This document shows, piece by piece, positions 10,367 to 18,915 of a stretch of DNA of 64,000 nucleotides; position 1 is the stretch's first letter, and each line of letters opens with the position of its first letter. Source of the stretch: Escherichia virus TH42. The position numbers and the translations under genes are program-made. Where the stretch lies: the sequence record MT446413.1, one strand, 5' to 3'. The notes under the pieces are model-generated. The model ran no database searches, had not been told where the DNA came from, and saw only the letters and a program-made list of their open reading frames with translations.

Positions 10367-10473
10367 GTTGCCCCCAGCTAATACGATACCACAAATTTTC
10401 TAATCCACCTGAAGGGTAAACCCTTTCATCTAATTAACCTTTAAATGCGCCCTTTATCAGAGCGCCCATTGTG

Positions 10474-11574
10474 TTACAGCAGTCGTTCTAATTGCATTTC
10501 CAGATGGTCTGGAATGTAACCAGTGACGTTATCATCACTGCTACCTGATTCACGCATCAGAGCAAACATGTGACGAATTTCACGAACCGTTGCGATTCGA
10601 GTGTTTTCAATCTGAGGGGTGTAATAGGTCAGGATCTCTTCGTAAACAGAGTTGGCATTACCACGTACATATCCCAAGAAACCGTAGAAGTCGCCCATAT
10701 CACGCAAGTTGATAAGGATTTCACCATCAGGTCCAGTCTGCTGTACACGAACACGACCAACCAGAGTAACAGAATGTTCACGACAGAACAGAATATCACG
10801 AGCCAAACGATAACCGCCAGTCAGGTCATCATCATTAGGTGTGTAGTCCAGAGGCAGATACTGAATCATAGGAGCGAAGCGTAGCTCATTCAGTTTCTCA
10901 ACATATGCTTCATTATCCAAATCTGCATACTCAACAGCCAGTTTCTTGAGAACCAAGAAGCGGTTGACCAGATTAAGGAGTTGGCTTTTCTTCCACTTTG
11001 GCTCTGAGATACGAAATTCAACAGAACCAAACTGAGCCAGAGGTAATAGGTTAAGGGAGGTGTACTTGTCCCAGCTATTAACAAGAGTATTGAAGAAGGC
11101 TTCACCATCTCGGTTGAACGCTGCGGAAGCATTCATTACCTGTGCTTGAACAACAGCAAAGGCAGGACAGAAGTTGCTACGATAGCGATGGTATCCAGAA
11201 CATTTGAACATCATCTTTTCATAGAACGTCCATCCAAGAATTACTTTCTTCAGGATGTTACTATCAGCGTCACGCATATCCATATGAACGTGAGTAGAGC
11301 AGCGCCAAGTCCCTTCAGCTTCAGAGTCTTGTACTGCTTCACTCAGATTGTTAATAGCACTAAGCAATTCTACACCGTTGTAAGGCCGTGCACAAACCAT
11401 CTCACAGCCATCACGAAGTGAACCATCTTCAGTACAAACCCAAAGGTCTGCATCAATTTCAGAGGTTCCTTCAACTTCCAGCTCGATGCCAATACCACAC
11501 TGAAAAGCGATGCTTGGGTGCGGCTCAGCCAGACGAGCATTACGGTATCCAAAAACTTGTGCTACGGTTGTCAT
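10474..11574 (-). CDS. amidoligase (Amidoligase_2-type, glutamine-synthetase-like fold)
   Basis: 366 aa; GIGIELEVEG, EDGSLRDGCEMV, CSTHVHMD motifs. Confidence 0.7.
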   Translation of the reverse strand: MTTVAQVFGYRNARLAEPHPSIAFQCGIGIELEVEGTSEIDADLWVCTEDGSLRDGCEMVCARPYNGVELLSAINNLSEAVQDSEAEGTWRCSTHVHMDMRDADSNILKKVILGWTFYEKMMFKCSGYHRYRSNFCPAFAVVQAQVMNASAAFNRDGEAFFNTLVNSWDKYTSLNLLPLAQFGSVEFRISEPKWKKSQLLNLVNRFLVLKKLAVEYADLDNEAYVEKLNELRFAPMIQYLPLDYTPNDDDLTGGYRLARDILFCREHSVTLVGRVRVQQTGPDGEILINLRDMGDFYGFLGYVRGNANSVYEEILTYYTPQIENTRIATVREIRHMFALMRESGSSDDNVTGYIPDHLEMQLERLL

Positions 11575-12197
11575 AACGTTTCCACCAACTCTACATTATA
11601 TGATGACAGATCTGAAGAAATATGCTTGAACTTCTCCAGAAGATTTAAAGATTGACGACCATTGTCGCCGTAACCAGCAGAAAGATCAACTTGACCTACA
11701 AGTGCCCCTTTGTAATAAACTTTACCATCGACAGGGTTGATGTAGATGAAGCGAGTAACCAGACCTTCGAAGTCAGGATTAAACAGATTATACACCAGCT
11801 CTCCCGGAATCGAACGACCCATTGAAGGAGGTGCACCACGTAATTTGTTCCCCATCAGACCCTTAGCTCGCTGACGAACAGGGTTGATATGAGTCCAGCT
11901 TACCATGTTGTTGCCGTGTTGTAAGTATCCCACATCTGGAGATTCCAGAATAAGGCTTTGATCAAACACAGGAATGCCCTGAACAACCTGTCGTTCAAAC
12001 TGCCCTTCGGCGTTCTTAGACCAGCGTTCAACTTCAAAAGTTAAGGCCATTTCTGCTTCGTGAGAGAAGTCATCTTCTCCAAAGCGGTTTGCTTGGTTCA
12101 CGTTGAGTACATAAAGAGGTAAATTAATCCCTCGTTCTGCACGTTGGGCAATCCATGTTCCGCAATAATAATGCTGAAAATCTCTTAACAGGCTCAC
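11571..12197 (-). CDS. hypothetical protein (amidoligase cluster member)
   Basis: 208 aa; start overlaps upstream stop; no motif recognised. Confidence 0.4.
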   Translation of the reverse strand: MSLLRDFQHYYCGTWIAQRAERGINLPLYVLNVNQANRFGEDDFSHEAEMALTFEVERWSKNAEGQFERQVVQGIPVFDQSLILESPDVGYLQHGNNMVSWTHINPVRQRAKGLMGNKLRGAPPSMGRSIPGELVYNLFNPDFEGLVTRFIYINPVDGKVYYKGALVGQVDLSAGYGDNGRQSLNLLEKFKHISSDLSSYNVELVETL

Positions 12198-12206
12198 GAT
12201 AACACC

Positions 12207-13013
12207 TTAGATAATCTGGAGTTTAGAGGAGAATTTATCCGCTTCTTTAACATCGTTGCTATTGATGATGTTGTGAAGCTTTTCGATAGGCAGACGGGAG
12301 TGCAGAGACATGAGAATTTCCATATCACAGCCCTGAATAACCTTATCAACTTGATCGTAAACAAACTTACGAGTGGACTGTTCACCAATCCAGAAGTTCG
12401 ACAGAGAACGATATTCAATACCGTAATCTTTATAACGAATAGCAGATGCCTTGCCGTAAAGTTCTTTACGACGAGTGTCCTTATCCATAATTACTGCTGG
12501 AAGTGACAGGAAGTAATCACACAGAACACCCAGCATCATCTGAGTCTGTCGAGTTACTTCCAAAGACCCTGCAACACCGAGGTGTACGTGACCGCCAGCA
12601 GTACGCAGACCTTTGTCTGTCGCTACCGGAGATGGGTTTTTCTGACCAGTGAAGGCGTTGAAATCAGGAGTACAGCCAAACACAAAGGCTGATGGATGGA
12701 ATGATTGCAGCTCTTCAGAAGTGTACACATGAGAACTAATCCCAAGTGCAGCTTCCATACCACGTTCATTAAGAACTTTGTTGGTCAGATCAATACCACG
12801 CTGGATGTTATCATCAAACGCTTCGAACCCTTTCTGTGGGTTAATATCGAATTCAGCCAGAACGTTGTCTTCTTGAAGACGAACATCAGGGGCCAGATCG
12901 ATTTTGTTATCTTTAGAACAGCCCAGCTTACCAGCCACAGAGGTGATAACACCAGAAGCAGTACGAACAAACATTTCAGGGTCAGAACCAATAAGGAAAG
13001 CACGCTTAGTCAT
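12207..13013 (-). CDS. putative COOH-NH2 ligase-type amidoligase
   Basis: Start at internal ATG with GGAG SD (track ORF begins at GTG 13058); MTKRAFLIGSDPEMFV and GGHVHLG resemble GCS2/COOH-NH2 ligase family; tentative. Confidence 0.45.
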   Translation of the reverse strand: MTKRAFLIGSDPEMFVRTASGVITSVAGKLGCSKDNKIDLAPDVRLQEDNVLAEFDINPQKGFEAFDDNIQRGIDLTNKVLNERGMEAALGISSHVYTSEELQSFHPSAFVFGCTPDFNAFTGQKNPSPVATDKGLRTAGGHVHLGVAGSLEVTRQTQMMLGVLCDYFLSLPAVIMDKDTRRKELYGKASAIRYKDYGIEYRSLSNFWIGEQSTRKFVYDQVDKVIQGCDMEILMSLHSRLPIEKLHNIINSNDVKEADKFSSKLQII

Positions 13014-13956
13014 TGTAATACTCCACAAGTTCATCAAAAAGGGAAACAACACGGGCACCAGCTTCTTCTGGTGTCATTGAGGAAGGTACTGCTTGCATCA
13101 AGCGTTCAATAAAACTGCGAACAGTAATTCTGTCCATACGCTGATCTAATACTTCACGTTTATGGCCTGCACACATTGACCAGAGACGCAACCACTCACT
13201 CATACTTTCGTAATAGTCAGGGTCTTGGTCACGACGACGAGCCATACGGCGGAGAACTCCGTCATTATGGTTTCGTACATAACCATCTCTGTTATCGTCA
13301 ATACCAAATACATTCTGAACCCATACGTTTTCAGAAAATTCATCAGTTGAACAGACCAGTGGCAAGAATGCGATTGCACTCATATCGCCAGTAAAATAGG
13401 TCGCTGCTGATTCATCATCAGTGTCTACATCATTTGAATAAGACCAACGACCAAAGAAGTTACGACTCAAACCGGCTAAACGTAAAGCTAAGCTGATTCG
13501 TTGTCGCTTGAGTAACTCTTCCTTGTCTTGAACGCCTTCCTGAAGGAACTCCATTCCCATAAAATCTCCATCCAGATAACTCCGGAGGGTCATTAATCCA
13601 GTAAACACCTTGTCTGCTGGGTGGTCTCGAAGGTTCACGGCAACTGAGTTCACCGAAGTGACAGAGAACATGTTTTTATAGCAAGACATTGAGTTAAAAA
13701 TGTCTGTTGCTTCAACTAAAGCTCTTTCGATATCTTTAGCTGGTACGCCATAAAAATTGTGAGGCCAGAAGTTAATAACTCCAATTTCTGAAGTTCTATC
13801 ACGAAGGCTTGAGAGATTGATACTGTCGCCATTAATGTCTGTAACAGAATACATATGCTGACAGTTGAAAGTACCAAAACAAGCTCGCCCTCTGAACACT
13901 GACTCACCAAAGTCCCCTGATGGTGTTACCGGAGCAGTCGATGCGGAGATTGACAT
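13006..13956 (-). CDS. hypothetical protein (amidoligase cluster member)
   Basis: 316 aa ORF, co-oriented, overlaps neighbours by a few nt. Confidence 0.45.
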   Translation of the reverse strand: MSISASTAPVTPSGDFGESVFRGRACFGTFNCQHMYSVTDINGDSINLSSLRDRTSEIGVINFWPHNFYGVPAKDIERALVEATDIFNSMSCYKNMFSVTSVNSVAVNLRDHPADKVFTGLMTLRSYLDGDFMGMEFLQEGVQDKEELLKRQRISLALRLAGLSRNFFGRWSYSNDVDTDDESAATYFTGDMSAIAFLPLVCSTDEFSENVWVQNVFGIDDNRDGYVRNHNDGVLRRMARRRDQDPDYYESMSEWLRLWSMCAGHKREVLDQRMDRITVRSFIERLMQAVPSSMTPEEAGARVVSLFDELVEYYND

Positions 13957-13964
13957 ATTCGCCT

Positions 13965-15182
13965 CTATTTATTGAAGAATAATTTTTCCAAAATGTTTTC
14001 CCACTCTTCTGAGGGACGTACTGTATAATTACTACCTGTCAGTCCATTGGACATACTACTGATAATGTTATACATGTTGTAGCTTCGAGCTGAAGCTGTT
14101 TCATTGTTCCAGTTATAACCGAACACAATTTTAGCAAAAGATGTTTCAGATTCAGCCACCTCTCGGATAAATTCAACCAAGAGTGACTTTTCTGTGATGA
14201 TTGGTCGGGTATCTTCCGACAGATGGCAATATTGAGGCAAAAGGATTGGCAAGAACATCGAATTGTTCACTCGACAATCACGAACACCTTCACTGCGATA
14301 GATCAGACTGGAGAAGTCTTCATCACGCAGGTGGCCTTCACCTTCAGTGTATTCACACTGTCGCCATTTGGTCTGGCGAGGCTCAACCATTGTACTACCA
14401 ACACCCACTGTATACAGAGATGCTTGGAAGATACAGGAATCGTAATCATTCCCTGTTAAAGCAACACGTTCGTTACCGAACACATCCACTGAAGAGTTGA
14501 TCAGTCGGCTGAATGCAAGAGAGGCTAAAGGAGACCAGCCCTTCTTATACATCTTGTTCAACATTTCATACACAGCAGATTTTTCATCATCTGTATAGAA
14601 TGTGCGATTCAACATCAGATAGAACAGAGCACGATCAGCGGGACAGCCATCAGTACAAACACCCATGAACCCTACTTCATGCCATACCAGACATGAGTCA
14701 AGGTCTTTATCCATGAATGCTGCAAAGGTTTCCATAACAACACGATCAGTGATATCAGGACGGTTGTTTTCTTCTGCCCATGTTTCCACATGAGAAGGAG
14801 GACGAGGGTCTTCATTTTCTAACCCTTCACGGAAATACTGAGTAGCGATATATTCAGTATCACCATAACATCTTACACCGTGAGCTGGAAGATGTGTTCC
14901 GGAGTTCCAGATATACTTGATTTCAGACATAGGCAACATATTCTCAAGAACGTTCTCTTCAGCAGTGCCTTGACGAACCATCATATTTCCACTCCACACC
15001 TTGATGCGGATATTCCAGCCGAAATTACTATCGTATGTATTATAGTAATCAGGATCACCATCTTCATCTTCGTCATAATCACCACCCTGATAGTAACCTG
15101 CTTTCAGGAAACCATAACAAGGGGGCCAGACGGTTACAACGTCTTCTGATTCTTTCCAGCTTTGAAGTGTTACAGGGAACAT
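13965..15182 (-). CDS. hypothetical protein (amidoligase cluster member), acidic N-terminal tract
   Basis: 405 aa ORF; DYDEDEDGDPDYY tract; no motif recognised. Confidence 0.45.
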   Translation of the reverse strand: MFPVTLQSWKESEDVVTVWPPCYGFLKAGYYQGGDYDEDEDGDPDYYNTYDSNFGWNIRIKVWSGNMMVRQGTAEENVLENMLPMSEIKYIWNSGTHLPAHGVRCYGDTEYIATQYFREGLENEDPRPPSHVETWAEENNRPDITDRVVMETFAAFMDKDLDSCLVWHEVGFMGVCTDGCPADRALFYLMLNRTFYTDDEKSAVYEMLNKMYKKGWSPLASLAFSRLINSSVDVFGNERVALTGNDYDSCIFQASLYTVGVGSTMVEPRQTKWRQCEYTEGEGHLRDEDFSSLIYRSEGVRDCRVNNSMFLPILLPQYCHLSEDTRPIITEKSLLVEFIREVAESETSFAKIVFGYNWNNETASARSYNMYNIISSMSNGLTGSNYTVRPSEEWENILEKLFFNK

Positions 15183-15193
15183 CTTTTACCTCT

Positions 15194-15556
15194 TTACTCT
15201 GCTACCAAAAGGCTCAGAGATTTACGAATGTAGGCAATGCTACGGAAGTTTCGATAGTTCTCTTGGAAGCGCATCTTTTCAAATTCTGCTTCCTGAAGTT
15301 CTACCTCTGCTGCATTGTATCCTGCCACAGCCAAACTCACCACATCCTGAGGTAAGGTATTACGACGACGAATAAGATATTTATTCGCCTTTAGTTTGCT
15401 TTGTGCACGAGCCATTTTGGCCTTTGCCGCCTTAATGCCATGAGCAATCCAGAGCAGTTGCTGCTCCAAATCATTCTCGTCCATGCCACCCAAATCATTT
15501 GCTACTTTATGCAGCGTAGACAGGTTCACATGGCCTTTGATGGGGCGTAGGTTCAT
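15194..15556 (-). CDS. hypothetical protein
   Basis: 120 aa ORF; start ATG overlaps stop of upstream small ORF (ATGA). Confidence 0.4.
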   Translation of the reverse strand: MNLRPIKGHVNLSTLHKVANDLGGMDENDLEQQLLWIAHGIKAAKAKMARAQSKLKANKYLIRRRNTLPQDVVSLAVAGYNAAEVELQEAEFEKMRFQENYRNFRSIAYIRKSLSLLVAE

Positions 15557-15720
15557 AACTTCTCCTGTTTATCACATTGATTGGTCAGCCAGTTGTAAGC
15601 CCCTCTGTTGTTCTTGCTTAACTCACAAGATGCAAAAGAATAGGTTCTGACAAACCCCACGGTGGCTAAGCAAATAAAGATTGCTGCCAATAAGAACTTA
15701 ACTTTCAACTTATTATCCAT
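15553..15720 (-). CDS. small membrane protein (unlisted 55-aa ORF)
   Basis: ATG 15718-15720; MDNKLKVKFLLAAIFICLATVGFV... hydrophobic N-terminus; stop TGA overlaps next ATG; below ORF-track size cutoff. Confidence 0.35.
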   Translation of the reverse strand: MDNKLKVKFLLAAIFICLATVGFVRTYSFASCELSKNNRGAYNWLTNQCDKQEKL

Positions 15721-15740
15721 ACAACCTCTTCTTTGAACTT

Positions 15741-15765
15741 AAAAAAGGACTCTCCTAAGAGAGCC
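15741..15765 (-). terminator. intrinsic terminator (minus strand)
   Basis: Minus-strand RNA GGCTCTC-TTAG-GAGAGTCC followed by UUUUUU. Confidence 0.45.
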
Positions 15766-15904
15766 AAGCTTTAAGGCCAATTAAATAGATATCACCCAAT
15801 ATCTGTGGATAACCTGCTCTTAAAATATTCTATCCGACGGATGTTCGAGGACTATTCCTCTCCCTAGCATCGGCCCCATACGGGTAAGATTAAATTAAGT
15901 TTAG

Positions 15905-15956
15905 GTTAGTTGAGCCAGAATAGCTCACATAGCCCTCTGATACTCACAAGGGCTAT
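15905..15956 (-). repeat. conserved composite RNA element, copy 1 (8-bp hairpin + TCAACTAACC on minus strand)
   Basis: Plus: GGTTAGTTGAG...ATAGCCCT-ctgatactcaca-AGGGCTAT; immediately 3' of gene 15962..16210. Confidence 0.5.
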
Positions 15957-15961
15957 AGATG

Positions 15962-16210
15962 TTACTCTGTGGCTCCGTCAAAGCGAAGGATTGCTGTTGG
16001 AACAGGGATTACAACCATATCAAAATCTAAGCGGAAGAGGTGTCCTGTGCTCAGTTGAACTGCTGTTACAGGCTTAGCAATTCCTGAGACTTCTGCGGAA
16101 GGGATTCTGATAAAGAATTCTCCCGGATACTCAGGTGAATGAAACACTTCTCCCGCTGTCATATTTACCAACTTAATGTCGGGTACGGGTTGTTTATTTT
16201 CAATTTGCAT
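15962..16210 (-). CDS. small protein, PG(D/E)xF paralog family
   Basis: 82 aa; MTAGEVF...PGEFF and C-terminal VIPVP; followed by conserved hairpin element. Confidence 0.45.
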   Translation of the reverse strand: MQIENKQPVPDIKLVNMTAGEVFHSPEYPGEFFIRIPSAEVSGIAKPVTAVQLSTGHLFRLDFDMVVIPVPTAILRFDGATE

Positions 16211-16443
16211 TACAGACCCTTCTTGGCACGATCTTTGGCAGTTTTGCCAGTGCGGATACGATGGGAAACATTAACCAGCTCACCACCTTCGACGATAGTT
16301 ACGCTTTTGTTTTTCGCAATATCAAACACAGACTTCTCTGTTCCGCCTAGACGAATCTGACGCGGTTCACTTTGGGTCTGAGTTGACTTGGACTGGAACT
16401 GGAACGGCTGACGGATGGCATCAATTGCGCTAACTTTAGACAT
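16210..16443 (-). CDS. hypothetical protein
   Basis: 77 aa ORF in operon context. Confidence 0.4.
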   Translation of the reverse strand: MSKVSAIDAIRQPFQFQSKSTQTQSEPRQIRLGGTEKSVFDIAKNKSVTIVEGGELVNVSHRIRTGKTAKDRAKKGL

Positions 16444-16471
16444 GTTTTTATTACCTTAAATTAAAGAGAGA

Positions 16472-16885
16472 TTAAACAACGAATTGGAACGCTTCGTATC
16501 CAAACTTATAAGAGAAGTCATGCTTGAATTTCACTACACGACCACGGTCACGGAAAGATTTCAGACGAGTGATGAACCCAGCCATCGGCTCAAGGTCAAT
16601 AGGGCTACGAATCTTCATAGCTACAGAGTGCAGCTTGAAGCGCTTACCAGTGCTACAGGCCATCATCACATACTCCATACGAGTAGTCCAGATGTTGAGC
16701 ACCATGCTTGTTTTCTCCGCTGACCAACCAGTCTTACGGGCGATTTCCTTATGGATGTTAAGCTCCAAAGGAAGAGGGAATTGCTTGTTGAATGAAGCCG
16801 GATAAAGTTTGACCAGAAGATCAATGTTTTCTTTATACGTGAGGTAGGCCAATTTTTTGCTTACGTTGGGGAATTTCCCAGCCAT
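16472..16885 (-). CDS. ProQ/FinO-like RNA-binding protein
   Basis: 137 aa; KKLAYLTYKENIDLLVKLYPASFNKQFPLPLELNIHKEI...NIWTTRMEYV parallels the ProQ N-terminal domain (FP-CF, PLKIGI, YT-x2-W-x-Y). Confidence 0.5.
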   Translation of the reverse strand: MAGKFPNVSKKLAYLTYKENIDLLVKLYPASFNKQFPLPLELNIHKEIARKTGWSAEKTSMVLNIWTTRMEYVMMACSTGKRFKLHSVAMKIRSPIDLEPMAGFITRLKSFRDRGRVVKFKHDFSYKFGYEAFQFVV

Positions 16886-16904
16886 TTTTGAAGCTCCAAA
16901 ACAG

Positions 16905-16962
16905 CGCCGAAAAGAGAGGCGTCATAGTAGCTAAAGGGAGGAGAGAAGAGGGCTTATTTACT
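16905..16962. repeat. ~45-nt direct repeat, copy 1
   Basis: GCGTCATAGTAG ... AGAGAAGAGG(G)CTTA-TTTACT shared with 23476-23522. Confidence 0.45.
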
Positions 16963-17070
16963 TGCCTTTTTCTGTCCGTTAATGTACCAGATAACTGAGC
17001 CATCAGGCTGTCGCTGACCAAAGCCTTTCAGGTTAACCATTTCTTCTTCAGAGTAGGCACGTTTTCTCAC
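16954..17070 (-). CDS. possible small protein (38 aa, GTG start)
   Basis: GTG preceded by AGGAG SD at 7 nt; followed by the 45-nt repeat; track ORF 16833..17021 in another frame judged less likely. Confidence 0.25.
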   Translation of the reverse strand: MRKRAYSEEEMVNLKGFGQRQPDGSVIWYINGQKKASK

Positions 17071-17083
17071 TGATTTTCTCCTG

Positions 17084-17341
17084 TCAATAGAAGGTGTGTG
17101 TAGAGTCGTCGTTCATAGATAACCAAACGAAGAAGACAATCACACAGAAAGCAATAATACCGAGAATTGCAAGGATTATAGTGTTAGCTAATGTGATATC
17201 TAACACGCTTTGCAGATACATAAAGAACTGTACGACACCACATATCATTAGCACGACACCAACAACAATGAGGAGCCAATATGTGCAGAGAAGGGCTGCA
17301 TCCAATAGTGACACATATTTTGGATGATCTTTACGTTTCAC
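17084..17341 (-). CDS. membrane protein (two predicted TM helices)
   Basis: 85 aa; LLCTYWLLIVVGVVLMICGVV and ILAILGIIAFCVIVFFVWL. Confidence 0.45.
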   Translation of the reverse strand: MKRKDHPKYVSLLDAALLCTYWLLIVVGVVLMICGVVQFFMYLQSVLDITLANTIILAILGIIAFCVIVFFVWLSMNDDSTHTFY

Positions 17342-17597
17342 TAACCTTCTCCACTAAATCCAGAGTTGCTGATTCAAATACAACACCAACTGGCATATTA
17401 GGTGCCATATTACGAACGTACCCACTCTGCATAGACACGGCTCGAGAGTATTCAGAACCGTTAGAGCTTTTGTTTACTTTCATGTAAAGGGTTTGTTCTT
17501 TATCTTCTTTAAGGGTAAAGAAAGAACCGGGAAGAAGTCCCTGAACGGTTACAGGGATATCTGCAACACGAGTCTTATTGATAGTAAGGACTGTCAT
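17331..17597 (-). CDS. small protein, PG(D/E)xF paralog family
   Basis: 88 aa; GLLPGSFFTLK ... LYMKV. Confidence 0.45.
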   Translation of the reverse strand: MTVLTINKTRVADIPVTVQGLLPGSFFTLKEDKEQTLYMKVNKSSNGSEYSRAVSMQSGYVRNMAPNMPVGVVFESATLDLVEKVSET

Positions 17598-17600
17598 TAT

Positions 17601-17855
17601 TTATTCCTTAATAATTGCTTCAGCTTTAATAGGAATAACAGCAACATCTTTACGAGGCGCTGTCGCTCGGCCTGTGTTAAGACAGGCTACAAGTCTATGC
17701 TCGTCCGCACCCTTAATGCACAAGCGAGTGGAGAACTCTGTAGAGAGTAAGATGTATAAATCACCATCTTCACTGTTAGGGTACATGAAGCAATCCCCAA
17801 GTCGCAAAGCACTGAGGGGTATTGAATTTTTACCTGCTGGCATGTTAACTTTCAT
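17601..17855 (-). CDS. small protein, PG(D/E)xF paralog family
   Basis: 84 aa; LSALRLGDCFMY ... LYILL ... VAVIPI. Confidence 0.45.
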   Translation of the reverse strand: MKVNMPAGKNSIPLSALRLGDCFMYPNSEDGDLYILLSTEFSTRLCIKGADEHRLVACLNTGRATAPRKDVAVIPIKAEAIIKE

Positions 17856-18069
17856 TTAACCACCTTTAGTTATGGACCAATTTATGAGAGAACTCTCGGA
17901 AGAATGCTTTCATAAATAGGGGGGAGGGGACGAATCCTCCCATATCCTATTAATTAATGTTGCATGTAAGACCTAACAATCCGATGCTGTAGTGGATAGC
18001 GTAAAACGCTTACCGGCATTAAACCCAGCCCATGAGGGGCTTATGTGATTAAAATGCTCAACATTGAGC

Positions 18070-18110
18070 GGTTAGTTGATAGGAGATCTGAAGTCCTATC
18101 TCAAAGGACT
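18070..18110 (-). repeat. related composite element, copy 3 (different hairpin, same GGTTAGTTGA flank)
   Basis: Plus: GGTTAGTTGATAGG...AGTCCT-atctcaa-AGGACT. Confidence 0.35.
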
Positions 18111-18132
18111 CTCGTAAGAATCCTTCACGATA

Positions 18133-18399
18133 TTACTTAGTAATAAAGACTGTCACCTTATCCATTACCCAGCCTATCAACATAAGTAAAGGTAAGAAGA
18201 GGATAAAGATCAGCATAAAAGGCCAGAAGAATATCACCGTCCAAATAGAGTATTCATCAGGCTTACCACTCCATGAGGAATGGAAGAAGTTGTAGAGTGT
18301 ATTGGTTTTAAAGCACCATTTAACTACAATGGCTGCCAACCACCAACCAATAACATAAATCAGGAGGACATACGCTGCTGTAACCATTGACCGTTCCAT
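18133..18399 (-). CDS. membrane protein (multiple TM helices)
   Basis: 88 aa; highly hydrophobic (VLLIYVIGWWLAAIVV, FFWPFMLIFILFLPLLMLIGWV). Confidence 0.45.
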   Translation of the reverse strand: MERSMVTAAYVLLIYVIGWWLAAIVVKWCFKTNTLYNFFHSSWSGKPDEYSIWTVIFFWPFMLIFILFLPLLMLIGWVMDKVTVFITK

Positions 18400-18614
18400 T
18401 GATAGTTGCGAGTTACCACGTTTCCGTGGATAAGGAAGTGCTGGCGGCGAAGGATATCTTTAACGTTGTAGTAGGCAGCGTTACCGAGATGGCCTTCTTT
18501 GATAAGCCAGCGCAGATTACGAATATCAACCAACAACATGCTTACTTGTTGCTTGCATGAAGTCTGAGCCGCTGTTTCAATCAGAGATTTCGTATCAGAA
18601 TAATGACCAGACAT
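18360..18614 (-). CDS. hypothetical protein
   Basis: 84 aa ORF; overlaps downstream gene start. Confidence 0.35.
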   Translation of the reverse strand: MSGHYSDTKSLIETAAQTSCKQQVSMLLVDIRNLRWLIKEGHLGNAAYYNVKDILRRQHFLIHGNVVTRNYQWNGQWLQQRMSS

Positions 18615-18615
18615 A

Positions 18616-18915
18616 TCACCACTCCTTACCTGTTGTTGTCACAGAACCACCACACCACAATGCCGTATCAATCACAACCTTGTCTGGTGTAGACTTCTCT
18701 TCGTTGATAGACGGGTTGGCATTAGAACAGGTTGCCCCGTTGTAGCGCATATCAATCTCACCACTAGGAACCTTGTTCCCTGAATGCCAGCGAGATACGC
18801 ACACACCTTCTACCGATAATGCACACCATCCATCAGGACGATGCTGTACACAGCCTGTAAGAGCTACACAGGCGATAAAGATACAGGTTAAGGTAATTAC
18901 ACCACCCCAGCTCAT
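18616..18915 (-). CDS. Cys-rich lipoprotein
   Basis: 99 aa; signal peptide with lipobox LTGC ([12 protein letters not shown]); six further Cys. Confidence 0.55.
   Translation of the reverse strand: MSWGGVITLTCIFIACVALTGCVQHRPDGWCALSVEGVCVSRWHSGNKVPSGEIDMRYNGATCSNANPSINEEKSTPDKVVIDTALWCGGSVTTTGKEW

Noticed and set aside
16833-17021. Track ORF (62 aa) between the membrane protein and ProQ-like genes
   Set aside because: No SD, and it crosses the 45-nt repeat; a shorter GTG-start ORF in another frame with an AGGAG SD is more plausible, though itself low confidence.
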